Source: Tubiluchus corallicola (taxonomy: Eukaryota > Animalia > Priapulida). From it: 64,000 nucleotides of DNA. Below the pieces are notes generated by a model. It searched no databases, was not told where the DNA came from, and worked only from the letters and a program-made list of their open reading frames with translations. The stretch covers positions 124,001 through 188,000 of the forward strand of contig JAQGDQ010002389.1 of NCBI GenBank assembly GCA_030141605.1. Reading direction: 5' to 3'. Shown piece by piece: positions 8,731-18,559 of this stretch. Each line of letters begins with the position of its first letter. The first letter of the stretch is position 1. Both the position numbers and the translations under genes were made by a program.

Positions 8731-10053
8731 TTAAAAAAAGGCGATAAGCTCCTTAAGGAATTCAGGAATCTCATTCGGATTTGAGGATAGCTTTTTTTCC
8801 AGCTCTTCTAAAGATTCGTATTTTTTCAAAAATTCCTCTATTTTAGAGGATTTAAAATTATATCTTTTCAATAGCGTTATAAGCCCTAAAGCGTCGTCTT
8901 TTGACCAGGAGGCAGAAATATTCTCTTTCAGTAATTTCCTTAATTCTTTTATCATTACATTATATATTTCAGTATTCAGCCTCACCTGCTCTTTCCCGAT
9001 ATGAGAATGCAACTTTTTCTCATATTCCTTTAACTGTTTCTGATACTTTTCTCGTTCTTTCTGATCTTTTGTATCACGACACAATTCTTTTAAAGGATCC
9101 ATAATTTCATTGAAATACTCCTCATCCATTCCTCCTTTCCAATACGCTTTCCTCACACCTTCTGCATCCTCAAAACTAGATTCAAAAATATTAGCCTCTA
9201 TAAAGGATGAGTCAGCAAAAGACGCCTGAGCAAAAACAGCTCCTTTAAGATCGGAACAGTTAAGGTGCGCACCGGTAAGATTAGCGCCATTTAGGTGCGC
9301 ATTACTAAGAACAGCATTATTCAACTCCGCCTTAGTAAGATCAGCGCCATTAAGATTGGCGTTTGCTAAATTGATTTGATAGTAAGGATTCAACTTTAAG
9401 ATTGGGTGCTCTCCTTTAAACAAAAGATCGAGGAGACTTTGAATCTCAATAGAAGGTTCTGAGTATGTTTTTTTATTATGTAACTTCTTATTTAATTCTA
9501 TTTCCTCTGCGGTCAGCAAGCGGGAATAATGTTTCTTATACTCCTTTTCATTGGTTTTTTCCCGAATATAGGACAGTAAAATACCAAAAATCTGGCTTTG
9601 ATAACTCTTATCATTCTTCGCTAGACCATAAAGAACGTAGGCGCCTTTTAAACGGATATTCGCATTTTCGTGCTCTAAACTCTGAACAAAATCACTGAAG
9701 ATTTTCTGAGACAAGATTTTTTTGTCATGATCCTTTTGGTGAATCAAGGTCTCTTCCATGGTTTTAGTGCGCCGAAAGTAAATATAAAGGCCCCATATTA
9801 CAATCAACGCGGCGGACATAAATCCATAACGACCCGAAAGTGCCCATTTATATTCTGTTGTGCTAATATTCATAGCTAAGCCTGGTGTCCCTGTTAAATC
9901 ATAAAACAGATGATATAGGGCGCCTGAAGACCAGAAAAAAATCCCGAAACCGGCAAAAAGAAACAGGCAAGTGGCAATTACAAGAAGACAAAGTATAAAA
10001 TTCTCACATTCTCTCTTCTTTTTTCCCTTATTTTCCATGTTTTTACCTTTCAT
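8731..10053 (-). CDS. membrane-anchored pentapeptide-repeat protein (about 14 repeats)
   Basis: Two N-terminal TM segments, helical region (IRLKGAYVLYGLAK), A(N/D/H)LxxA repeats, charged helical C-terminus. Confidence 0.88.
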   Translation of the reverse strand: MKGKNMENKGKKKRECENFILCLLVIATCLFLFAGFGIFFWSSGALYHLFYDLTGTPGLAMNISTTEYKWALSGRYGFMSAALIVIWGLYIYFRRTKTMEETLIHQKDHDKKILSQKIFSDFVQSLEHENANIRLKGAYVLYGLAKNDKSYQSQIFGILLSYIREKTNEKEYKKHYSRLLTAEEIELNKKLHNKKTYSEPSIEIQSLLDLLFKGEHPILKLNPYYQINLANANLNGADLTKAELNNAVLSNAHLNGANLTGAHLNCSDLKGAVFAQASFADSSFIEANIFESSFEDAEGVRKAYWKGGMDEEYFNEIMDPLKELCRDTKDQKEREKYQKQLKEYEKKLHSHIGKEQVRLNTEIYNVMIKELRKLLKENISASWSKDDALGLITLLKRYNFKSSKIEEFLKKYESLEELEKKLSSNPNEIPEFLKELIAFF

Positions 10054-10158
10054 GTGCTATTCCTATTTATGAATCCTCTTTCCTGAAACAGTTATACATA
10101 TATATTCAGCTCTCATCAACACAATTCAACGAGGGTTTTGAGTGCCGCTCTTAGGAGT

Positions 10159-11898
10159 TCAATCGGCGAGGTGGGAAGTAAGTTTCTTAAGAAACTCTGG
10201 AATCTCATCCGGATTTGAGGATAGCTTTTTTTCCAGATCTTCCCAAGATCCGTATTCTTCCAAAAAGTCCGCTATTTTAGAGAACTCCTCTATTTCATAG
10301 GATTTAAAATTATATCCTTTCAATAGCGTTATAAGCTCTGAAATATCGTCTTTTGACCAAGAGTCAGAAGATTTCTTTTCCAGAAATTGCTTTAGTTTTT
10401 CTCTCATTATCTTGTATAACGCAGAATACAGCATTACTGGCTCTTTGCCAATATGAGAACGCAGTCTTTCTTCATATCCCTCTAACTTTTTCTGATACTC
10501 TTCTCGTCTTTCCTGGTTTTTTATATAAGGCAATGGTTCTTTGAGAGAGCTCATAATTTCATTGAAATACTCTTCACTTATTCCTCCTTTCCAGTACGCA
10601 AAATTTATGCCTTTCGCATCTTCTAAATTAGATTCCAAAACTGTAGACTCTATAAAATATGCCTCGGCAATTTTAGCCTTATCAAAAACAGCTCCTTTAA
10701 GATTAGCAAAGTTAAGGTGCGCATCGGTAAGAATAGCGCCCTTCAGGTGCGCAAGACTAAGACAAGCGTCATTCAGGTGAGCCTTTCTAAGAAGAGCACC
10801 ATTCAGGCTCGCATAATTAAGACAAGCGCCATTCAGGCTCGCATAATTAAGATTAGCGCCATTCAATTCCGCCTCAGTAAGAACAGCACCATTCAGGTGC
10901 GCATAATTAAGATAAGCGCCATTCAGGTGAGCCTTTCTAAGAACAGCACCATTCAGGCTCGCATAAAAAAGATAAGCGCCATTCAATTCCGCCTCAGTAA
11001 GAACAGCGCCATTCAGGTGCGCATAATGAAATTCAGCGCAACGCAATTTCGCCCCAGTAAGAACAGCGCCATTCAGGTGCGCATAATTAAGACTAGAGAC
11101 ATTCAGGCTCGCACAATTAAGATAAGCGCCATTCAGGCTCGCATAATTAAGATTAGAGACATTCAATTCCGCCCCAGTAAGAACAGCATCATTCAGGTGC
11201 GCATAATTAAGATAAGCGCCTCTCAGGTGAGCCTTTCTAAGAACAGCGCCATTAAGATTGGCGTTTGTTAAATTGATTTTATAGGACGAATCCAGCTCGA
11301 AAATTGAATTCTTCCCTATAAGTAAAAGATCGAGAAGGGTTTGAATCTCTATAGAAGGTTTTGAATAGGTTTTCCTATTATTCCGGTTTCTTTGTTCTTC
11401 TGGAAGCGGGCATGAATAATGCTTCTTATAGCCCTCCTCATTCGTTTTTTCCCGGATATAAGCCAGCAAAATATCAAAAACCTGGCTTTGGTAATTCTTA
11501 TCATTTTTCGCCAGATCATAAAGAGCATAGACCCCACCCAAACGAACGCTTGTATTTTCATTTCCCAAATTCTTAACAGCATTGTCAAAAATTGTCTGAG
11601 ATAAGGCTTTTCCATCATGTTCTTTTTGATGAGCTAACGTCTTTTCCATAGCTTCAGCACGCCGAGAGTTGCTATAGAAATTCCAAATTAAAGCCAATCC
11701 ACCGACTAAAGCTCCATAATGGAACAAAAACTCCCACTTATACTCTTTTAGGCTAATATTCTCATTTGGTGTTCCTACCCAAGAAGAAAGAAAATCATAT
11801 AGATTGTTTGTAGGCGGTATAATAATCAAGAGCACACCGGTTACAACGATCACAGCTACAACGAGCCACTTCTTTTCTTTTTCCTGATGCTCTTTCAT
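10159..11898 (-). CDS. membrane-anchored pentapeptide-repeat protein (about 44 repeats)
   Basis: Paralogue of 8731-10053 (shares LAKNDK.YQSQ, PSIEIQ.LLDLL, LEKKLSSNP) with an expanded xLxxA tract. Confidence 0.9.
   Translation of the reverse strand: MKEHQEKEKKWLVVAVIVVTGVLLIIIPPTNNLYDFLSSWVGTPNENISLKEYKWEFLFHYGALVGGLALIWNFYSNSRRAEAMEKTLAHQKEHDGKALSQTIFDNAVKNLGNENTSVRLGGVYALYDLAKNDKNYQSQVFDILLAYIREKTNEEGYKKHYSCPLPEEQRNRNNRKTYSKPSIEIQTLLDLLLIGKNSIFELDSSYKINLTNANLNGAVLRKAHLRGAYLNYAHLNDAVLTGAELNVSNLNYASLNGAYLNCASLNVSSLNYAHLNGAVLTGAKLRCAEFHYAHLNGAVLTEAELNGAYLFYASLNGAVLRKAHLNGAYLNYAHLNGAVLTEAELNGANLNYASLNGACLNYASLNGALLRKAHLNDACLSLAHLKGAILTDAHLNFANLKGAVFDKAKIAEAYFIESTVLESNLEDAKGINFAYWKGGISEEYFNEIMSSLKEPLPYIKNQERREEYQKKLEGYEERLRSHIGKEPVMLYSALYKIMREKLKQFLEKKSSDSWSKDDISELITLLKGYNFKSYEIEEFSKIADFLEEYGSWEDLEKKLSSNPDEIPEFLKKLTSHLAD
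10700..11270. repeat. intragenic 15/30-bp tandem repeats encoding the pentapeptide tract
   Basis: Recurrent modules GCGCCATTCAGGTGC, GCATAATTAAGATAA, GCCTCAGTAAGAACA, GCCTTTCTAAGAACA. Confidence 0.93.
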
Positions 11899-11949
11899 GG
11901 GTATATCTCCCTGTTTACGGCGCCTCTTTTCTGTTCATATTCCTTTATA

Positions 11950-12357
11950 CTACAATTTTAAAAAATTCTGCCGAACACGCCCTCCTTGAAACTTGTAAAA
12001 CAAAAAAACAAGCACAATCAACGGAAGAAGAAGATAGACAGAAAATAAAACAGCCGTCACTCCCGCCGCGATCAAAATAATCGCGATACTCGATCGAAAA
12101 AGATACCTCTTGAAAGAAGCTTTGTCACGCCGCCAGGAAATTCCACAGCGAAACGCCATGATCGTAAAAAACCCTATCAGCCCTAAAATCAAAATCGTAA
12201 CCGTAAAGGAGATCATCCCCCCGAAAAACGCGCCCGTCAACACAAGCCAACCAACAATAACAAGAATTGCCAGTACCGTAAATAAAGGAGTCGGTAATGA
12301 AAAAACCTTTTTTTTCAGCTGGTCTATTTTATTTTCAAATGTATTTTCCATAAACAA
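11950..12357 (-). CDS. hypothetical membrane protein (about 4 TM segments)
   Basis: 135 aa, strongly hydrophobic, no family recognised. Confidence 0.6.
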   Translation of the reverse strand: MFMENTFENKIDQLKKKVFSLPTPLFTVLAILVIVGWLVLTGAFFGGMISFTVTILILGLIGFFTIMAFRCGISWRRDKASFKRYLFRSSIAIILIAAGVTAVLFSVYLLLPLIVLVFLFYKFQGGRVRQNFLKL

Positions 12358-12661
12358 TCCTTATAAAATCTCTATTTCAACTTAATCTAAAATCTCTGCC
12401 TTAAATTATAGAGTTATCCCAGAAAAAATAAAATTCAACCCTCTTTGGAAAAATTTCTAATATATTCAATAAGAAACATCATAAAATATATTCTGAAAAC
12501 AAACGCGTGATCCTTTCAATCTCTTTGTTTTATTATGGTTTCAGCTTTATTTTCAGCTTCTCCAGCTATTTTAATTATCAGGAATTTTATTCCTATTTGT
12601 GTTTTTTCACATAATCGACTATACTATTTCTAAAATTACAAATATAACAGGAGCTTCTATC

Positions 12662-14173
12662 ATGGAAAATACAGCGCAAACTTTCGCTCATCAAAATACA
12701 CAATACCGTTACAATATGGCAACGCTATTCTGGTTTAAAGGGTTTATCCTTGGACTGCTCGCTTTTGCCATCCCCTTTCTGTCCGATCCACCTGGCGATA
12801 TGAAACAGGATGCCTGGCATGTCGCCGGAATGATGCTCATGATGGCATTCTGGTGGGGATTTGAAATTATCCCTCTGGCCGTTACAGCCCTTATCCCTAT
12901 TGTTCTTCTCCCTCTTTTGAATATTATGCCTGTCAATAATGTTCTCCATAGCTATGCTCATCCTATTGTTTTTCTTTTCCTAGGCGGGTTTGCGCTCGGT
13001 GTCGCTATCGAAAAATGTAACCTTCATAAACGCATTGCTCTGCATATTATCGCCATGTTCGGCGTTCATCCCAAACGAATTATCGCCGGATTCATGTGCG
13101 CAACAGCCTTCTTCAGCATGTGGATCAGCAATACCGCAACCGCCATCATGATGCTGCCAATGGCTCTCTCTGTTGTCTATCTGATGGAAAGCAACTATGA
13201 AAATAAAGAAGAGGCCCGCCCATTCGCCATCGCGATCCTGCTCTCTGTCGCCTACGCCGCCAGTATCGGAGGCGTGAGCACAATCATCGGAACTCCCCCA
13301 AACGGAATTCTCGCAGGATACTTAAGAGAAACCCATCAGATTGATATTTCCATCAGCGACTGGATGATCATCGGGATTCCTATCTCCTTAGCAATGCTCG
13401 CCGCCACATGGGCATGGTTAACCCTCCCGCTGAAAAATCTAAAAATCGATGGCGAAAAATTACAATCCATCTTTCAAGAACATCGTTCAGAACTCGGAAT
13501 CCTCAGCCGCGCAGAGCTCCTTGTCGCCATTGTTTTCTTCTTTACAGCCGCGTCATGGATCCTGCGAAAACAAATCAACGCTATTTTCCAGCTCAACCTT
13601 ACCGATACAATCATCGCAATCTCCGCAATGATTGTCCTCTTTCTTACTCCTGTCAATCTCAGAAAAAAAGAATTCCTTATGGACTGGAATAGCGCAAAAA
13701 GAATCCCATGGGACGCTCTTCTCCTTTTCGGAGGCGGACTGGCACTCGCCGGTGGAATTAAATTCAGCGGACTCGCTGTCTGGATAGCTCAAATTCTCGA
13801 AAATTTCGAAAATATCAGCACGCTCGTCGTTATCCTATTCTCTGTTTTCATCATTATCTTCCTGACAGAGCTCAACAGTAATACAGCAACAGCCGCAACA
13901 TTCATCCCTCTGCTGGGAATCACAGCTTTAACATTTAATATCGACTTACTTTATCTGCTTGTTCCCACAACAATTGCCGCCAGCTTCGCTTTTATGATGC
14001 CTGTCGCAACTCCCCCCAATACCATTGTCTATGGAGCCGGATATCTCACAATCCGCGATATGATGGTCAAAGGTCTGGTGCTTAATATTATAGGTATCGC
14101 TATCGTTATCACTATTACCTATTTCCTGACACAGAAACTTTCTCTTTTTGAGTTTCCTGTTCCCGCTTTATAA
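12662..14173 (+). CDS. DASS/SLC13 sodium:dicarboxylate or sulfate symporter
   Basis: MWISNTAT, IIGTPPN, SNTATA and AFMMPVATPPN motifs. ATG at 12662 with AGGAG RBS. Confidence 0.93.
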   Translation: MENTAQTFAHQNTQYRYNMATLFWFKGFILGLLAFAIPFLSDPPGDMKQDAWHVAGMMLMMAFWWGFEIIPLAVTALIPIVLLPLLNIMPVNNVLHSYAHPIVFLFLGGFALGVAIEKCNLHKRIALHIIAMFGVHPKRIIAGFMCATAFFSMWISNTATAIMMLPMALSVVYLMESNYENKEEARPFAIAILLSVAYAASIGGVSTIIGTPPNGILAGYLRETHQIDISISDWMIIGIPISLAMLAATWAWLTLPLKNLKIDGEKLQSIFQEHRSELGILSRAELLVAIVFFFTAASWILRKQINAIFQLNLTDTIIAISAMIVLFLTPVNLRKKEFLMDWNSAKRIPWDALLLFGGGLALAGGIKFSGLAVWIAQILENFENISTLVVILFSVFIIIFLTELNSNTATAATFIPLLGITALTFNIDLLYLLVPTTIAASFAFMMPVATPPNTIVYGAGYLTIRDMMVKGLVLNIIGIAIVITITYFLTQKLSLFEFPVPAL

Positions 14174-14196
14174 CTTTCACTTTTTCCTTTAAAAAA

Positions 14197-14220
14197 TGAG
14201 GCAGAAAATTTTCTGCCTCA
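14197..14220. terminator. bidirectional intrinsic terminator
   Basis: Perfect palindrome TGAGGCAGAAAA/TTTTCTGCCTCA between convergent genes, with an A-run on the left and a T-rich stretch on the right. Confidence 0.8.
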
Positions 14221-14241
14221 CTCTTTTCTCACGCTTCCCTT

Positions 14242-16629
14242 TTAGTGAATTTCAACACGCGTCACCATACGCCACCGCTTTCCAAGATAGCGTTTCTTGC
14301 CCTTTAAAGAAACAAGCCCCTCATAATGAATATCCATAGACGAGGAACCAATCATCACTCTTATATCGCCAGGCTCAAGCACACGATTAAAATCCATATC
14401 TGTAAAACTTAACACATCCACAGGAATCTTAAAAACAACCCTTTTAGACTCCCTTGACTCCAAGTCAATACGAGCAAAGCCTTTTAACTCCCTCTCTGGT
14501 CGAACAACCGTCGCATACAAATCCTGAACATACAGCTGCACAATCTCTGTGCCAAAACGCTTTCCCTCATTCGTAATAATACAGCTGACTTCAATCTCCC
14601 CATCCATTGGAGCTTCCGAAGAAATCACACACTCACGATAAGAAAAATATGTATAGCTTAAACCATGCCCAAAAGGATAAATAGCGCCATAATGAAACGC
14701 CGCCGGCATTCCCGGACTCTTCACTTTATCATTGTAAAAAAACGGTTGCGCTCCAGCGGAGTGGCTAAAAGATAAACTTGTCTTAGCACTCGGATTAACC
14801 TTTCCCATCACAATATCCGCTATGGAGGCCGCTCCCTCTTCTCCCGGGAAACCCGCCCATATAATCGCAGCAGCCTCTTTAAACGCTCTTCCAAGATAAT
14901 AAGGGCGACCACTCAACATCACAAGAATAATAGGAACACCCGTATCTAAAAGTGAATCAACAAGCTGCTGCTGAATACCCGGCAAAGCCAAACTATCCGT
15001 ATCCGAACCTTCCCCGACTGTCCCAGTCTGAAAAAGACCTGTCTGATCGCCAACAACAACAATAACCGCATCCGCTTCTTTCGCAATAAGGCAAGCTGGA
15101 GCAATTCCAGAATCATCCTTATCAAATATCAATCCATCATCGCGCAGCTGATGCGCTAATGAATTCCCAGGGAAAACAGCAGCGTTAATTGCACGCTCCT
15201 TTAAAATACCACACCCCTTCTCATAAGAAAGATCCATAAACTTCTCTTTAAAAGCCTCTAAAACCGTTTTCGCCCCTTGTTCCGTCCCATTTATCCCTTG
15301 AGCGATTAAATGAATAGGAAAATGGTATCCTCCAAAAAACGCAAGAGAATCTGACGCCAAAGGACCTGTAATCGCTACTTTTTTATCCGAGCTCAAAGGA
15401 AGAATTCCCTCATTACGTAAAAGAACAATCGATTGATCAGCAGCTTCCCGAGATAATTTCTTATGCGCACGACATCCTAAAATATCTCCCGATCCTGCCG
15501 TGTATGGTTGCTCAAAAAGCCCAAGACGAAACTTAAATAACAACATTCTGAAAACAGCCTCGTCAATATCTTCAAGCGTAACCATCCCTCTTTTAAGAGC
15601 CTCCTTTAAATGAACATAACAGCTTGGATCAGGCAACTCAACATCAAGACCTGCCTTAAGAGCAAGCGCTGCCGCTTCAACCTCGTCCTGAGCAACACGA
15701 TGCTGGGTATGAAGCAAAGAAACAGCCATATAATCAGCAACAATAAGGCCGTCAAATCCCCACGACTTTCTTAAAATATCCGACAATAATCTTTTAGAAG
15801 AAGTCGCCGGCTCATTGTCAATATCATGATAAGCCGGCATGACAGAAGCCGCGTTCCCAAGCTTAACTACCATCTCAAAAGGCAATAAAAAAATATCATA
15901 AAGCTCCCGTAGACCAATATGCACAGGCGCATGATTACGCCCTCCTTCACTATATGAATGGCCAGCATAATGCTTCAATGTAGCGAGAACCTCACGATCC
16001 CTTCCCTGTATTCCCTTGACATACGCTAAAGCCATCAGCCCTGTATGATACGGATCTTCACTAAAGGTCTCCTCTGTACGCCCCCAGCGAACATCACGAC
16101 TTACATCCAACACCGGCGCCAATATCTGACGCGCTCCAATAGAAAGAGCCTCTTTGCGAATAGCTTCCCCAATAGATTCGATCAATGCCTCATTCCAGCT
16201 CATTCCATAATTTGTCGCATTGGGAAATAAAGTGCCTCCCTTCCCCATCAAACCCGCAAGCCCTTCCTCATGCGACATCAAAGGGATACCCAAACGTGTT
16301 TCCTCAACTAAATATTTCTGAATATTATTTAAGCCGGAAATAACTTCCCTACACTCTGTCGGATAAGAACCAAGAGGTCGGGTGAATTGCCCAAGACCAT
16401 GATGAAGTATATCTTCAGCCTTTAACCACTCTTTATTCGAACGCCAAAAACCACGTGCATTCTCAGGGAAACAATAACGAAAACTTCCATCCTCCCGTAA
16501 ACGCGCCCATATGGAAACTAGCTGAGCAATCTTCTCATCCAATGCCATTTGGCTTTGTAAATTCTTAGCACGGATTTCTGCAGATAAAGATCCATCTTTA
16601 TATATTTCAGACATTATTTCTTCTCTCAC
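14242..16629 (-). CDS. GH3 beta-glucosidase/xylosidase
   Basis: RWGRTEET, TLKHY, VADY nucleophile, YPFGHGLSYT, Fn3-like tail. Confidence 0.93.
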   Translation of the reverse strand: MREEIMSEIYKDGSLSAEIRAKNLQSQMALDEKIAQLVSIWARLREDGSFRYCFPENARGFWRSNKEWLKAEDILHHGLGQFTRPLGSYPTECREVISGLNNIQKYLVEETRLGIPLMSHEEGLAGLMGKGGTLFPNATNYGMSWNEALIESIGEAIRKEALSIGARQILAPVLDVSRDVRWGRTEETFSEDPYHTGLMALAYVKGIQGRDREVLATLKHYAGHSYSEGGRNHAPVHIGLRELYDIFLLPFEMVVKLGNAASVMPAYHDIDNEPATSSKRLLSDILRKSWGFDGLIVADYMAVSLLHTQHRVAQDEVEAAALALKAGLDVELPDPSCYVHLKEALKRGMVTLEDIDEAVFRMLLFKFRLGLFEQPYTAGSGDILGCRAHKKLSREAADQSIVLLRNEGILPLSSDKKVAITGPLASDSLAFFGGYHFPIHLIAQGINGTEQGAKTVLEAFKEKFMDLSYEKGCGILKERAINAAVFPGNSLAHQLRDDGLIFDKDDSGIAPACLIAKEADAVIVVVGDQTGLFQTGTVGEGSDTDSLALPGIQQQLVDSLLDTGVPIILVMLSGRPYYLGRAFKEAAAIIWAGFPGEEGAASIADIVMGKVNPSAKTSLSFSHSAGAQPFFYNDKVKSPGMPAAFHYGAIYPFGHGLSYTYFSYRECVISSEAPMDGEIEVSCIITNEGKRFGTEIVQLYVQDLYATVVRPERELKGFARIDLESRESKRVVFKIPVDVLSFTDMDFNRVLEPGDIRVMIGSSSMDIHYEGLVSLKGKKRYLGKRWRMVTRVEIH

Positions 16630-16646
16630 TCACTAAAATTTACCAA

Positions 16647-17999
16647 TCATGACATTTTGCTATGCTCTTTCATTAAACGCTTCAGAAAATAACCACTTTC
16701 TTTAATCGTGCGCTTCTGAGTCTTGTAATCCACATGGACTAAACCAAATCGTCTACCATATCCCCATGCCCACTCAAAATTATCCATTAATGACCAAGCA
16801 TAATATCCTTTCAAGGGAATTCCTTTTTCCAAAGCTCTTGCAACAGCTTGCAAATGCTGCATGATATAAAACACACGCCCAGTATCATGAACCGTTCCCT
16901 GCTCGGTAACACGATCAGAGCTCGCCATACCATTCTCGGTAATATAACATGGCGGCAACTGGTAACGCCCATACAATAAAAGAAGAAGATCCGTCAGCCC
17001 TTCCGGATAAATCTCCCAATCCATCTCTGTCGTCGGCAGCCCTTGAGGAACAACACGAGAAAAAGGATAACGATCCGCACCAGAATCATTTGCAATCCAA
17101 TGAGAGGAATAATAGTTCAATCCCCAAAAATCAAGCGGTTGAGAAATTAACGCCATATCCTCCACTGAAACATCAGGAAACTCCCCTGAAAACGCATCCA
17201 TAACCTCCTTAGGATAATATCCTCGAAAAACCGGCATAGCAAAAACATCATTGAAAAAACAAAAACTCCTTTGCGCCGCTTTTTGATCCTCCTTCTTCTC
17301 AGAATTCGGATAAAAAGGGGCCATATTCAACACAATACCACATTGCGATCCGGGTACATTCTTGCGAAGAGTCTCAATTCCTATCCCATGCGCCAGCAAT
17401 AAATGATGAACAACATGAAATAAAACATTATACCCATTCTTTATACCTGGCGCATGCTCACCGAATAAATAACTTACATACGAAGAGCAAAACGGTTCGT
17501 TTAAAGTCGTATAAAAAGAAACACGCTCTCCAAGTCGACGACTCACAATATCCGTATATTCTCCAAAAGCATACGCCGTATCCCTATTTTCCCATCCTCC
17601 ATTACGCTGCAATGCACTCGGTAAATCCCAATGATATAATGTTAAATTCGGCACAATTCCTCTCGCTAATAAGCCATCGACTAAACGCTCATAAAAATCA
17701 AGCCCCTTTTCATTAACATTTCCTCTTCCCTCAGGGAGAACGCGCGGCCAGGAAACAGAAAATCGATAACTCTTAAATCCCAACGACGCTATGAGATTTA
17801 AATCGTCTTCCAAACGATGATAATGATCACAAGCCACATCACCTGTATCCCCTCCTAAAATACGCCCCTTCTCACGGCAAAAATCATCCCATATGCTCAT
17901 GCCACGTCCATCATCTCGATAAGCACCTTCTATTTGATAGGATGAAGTGGCAACACCAAAAAAAAAATCTTTTGGGAAATCATTTGCTTTTATAACCAT
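16647..17999 (-). CDS. GH1 beta-glucosidase
   Basis: FFFGVATSSYQIEG, TLNEP acid/base, YITENG nucleophile, WSLMDNFEW. Confidence 0.96.
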   Translation of the reverse strand: MVIKANDFPKDFFFGVATSSYQIEGAYRDDGRGMSIWDDFCREKGRILGGDTGDVACDHYHRLEDDLNLIASLGFKSYRFSVSWPRVLPEGRGNVNEKGLDFYERLVDGLLARGIVPNLTLYHWDLPSALQRNGGWENRDTAYAFGEYTDIVSRRLGERVSFYTTLNEPFCSSYVSYLFGEHAPGIKNGYNVLFHVVHHLLLAHGIGIETLRKNVPGSQCGIVLNMAPFYPNSEKKEDQKAAQRSFCFFNDVFAMPVFRGYYPKEVMDAFSGEFPDVSVEDMALISQPLDFWGLNYYSSHWIANDSGADRYPFSRVVPQGLPTTEMDWEIYPEGLTDLLLLLYGRYQLPPCYITENGMASSDRVTEQGTVHDTGRVFYIMQHLQAVARALEKGIPLKGYYAWSLMDNFEWAWGYGRRFGLVHVDYKTQKRTIKESGYFLKRLMKEHSKMS

Positions 18000-18082
18000 A
18001 TTTTCGTACTCCCTTTATTATTCTCATGCTATTAAAATGTTGTAAAACACACCCTGTAGATTCTGTAAAATCTTATATAGAC

Positions 18083-18520
18083 TTACCCTTTTACACTGCC
18101 TGTTATCATACTCTCCATTGTCTTTCGAGAGGAAATCAAAAAAGCAATAATTAACGAAAATACAGATAGCAAACTTCCCATCAATACCCCTCCCCAAGGA
18201 ACATCTCCTATCCCGCGAACACTCCGTAACGCCAATATCAAAACTTGCTTCTCCGGACCCTTTAGCATAATCAATGGTATCATAAAATTATTCTAGGAAT
18301 CTACCGTAACAATAATCGCTATAGCCTCAAGAGAAGGGCGCATTAAAGGAAACATAATCCACGCAAAAATCTGAAACTCATTCGCATTGCCAATATGCGT
18401 CGCATCTATCATCTCATAAGGCAATGAGCTCGAAACATATTGACGCACAAGAAAAACACCCAAAGGCATAAGACCCGCAGGAAGCCAAATTGCAATATGC
18501 GTAGAATAGACTTTTTTCAT
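18083..18520 (-). pseudogene. carbohydrate ABC permease (MalG-like) remnant
   Basis: C-terminal half only: GVFLVRQY..SLPYEMIDA, in-frame TAG at 18293-18295 where WNNF is expected, ends MITGSVKG. Confidence 0.85.
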
Positions 18521-18559
18521 CAGTAAATTATCCTTCTCTAATGCCCCATCTGCTTCATG

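Noticed and set aside
8731-10330. Diversity-generating retroelement TR/VR pair in the near-identical 3' ends of the pentapeptide genes
   Set aside because: Several differences fall at A but others do not, both copies are coding, and no reverse transcriptase is in the window. Ordinary duplication explains it.
10717-11271. 184 aa repetitive antisense ORF
   Set aside because: Mirror of the pentapeptide tract; a stop-free repeat unit keeps the opposite frame open.
8265-14200. Integrative element or prophage at tRNA-Ser
   Set aside because: No integrase or phage genes, and no duplicate of the tRNA 3' end was found.
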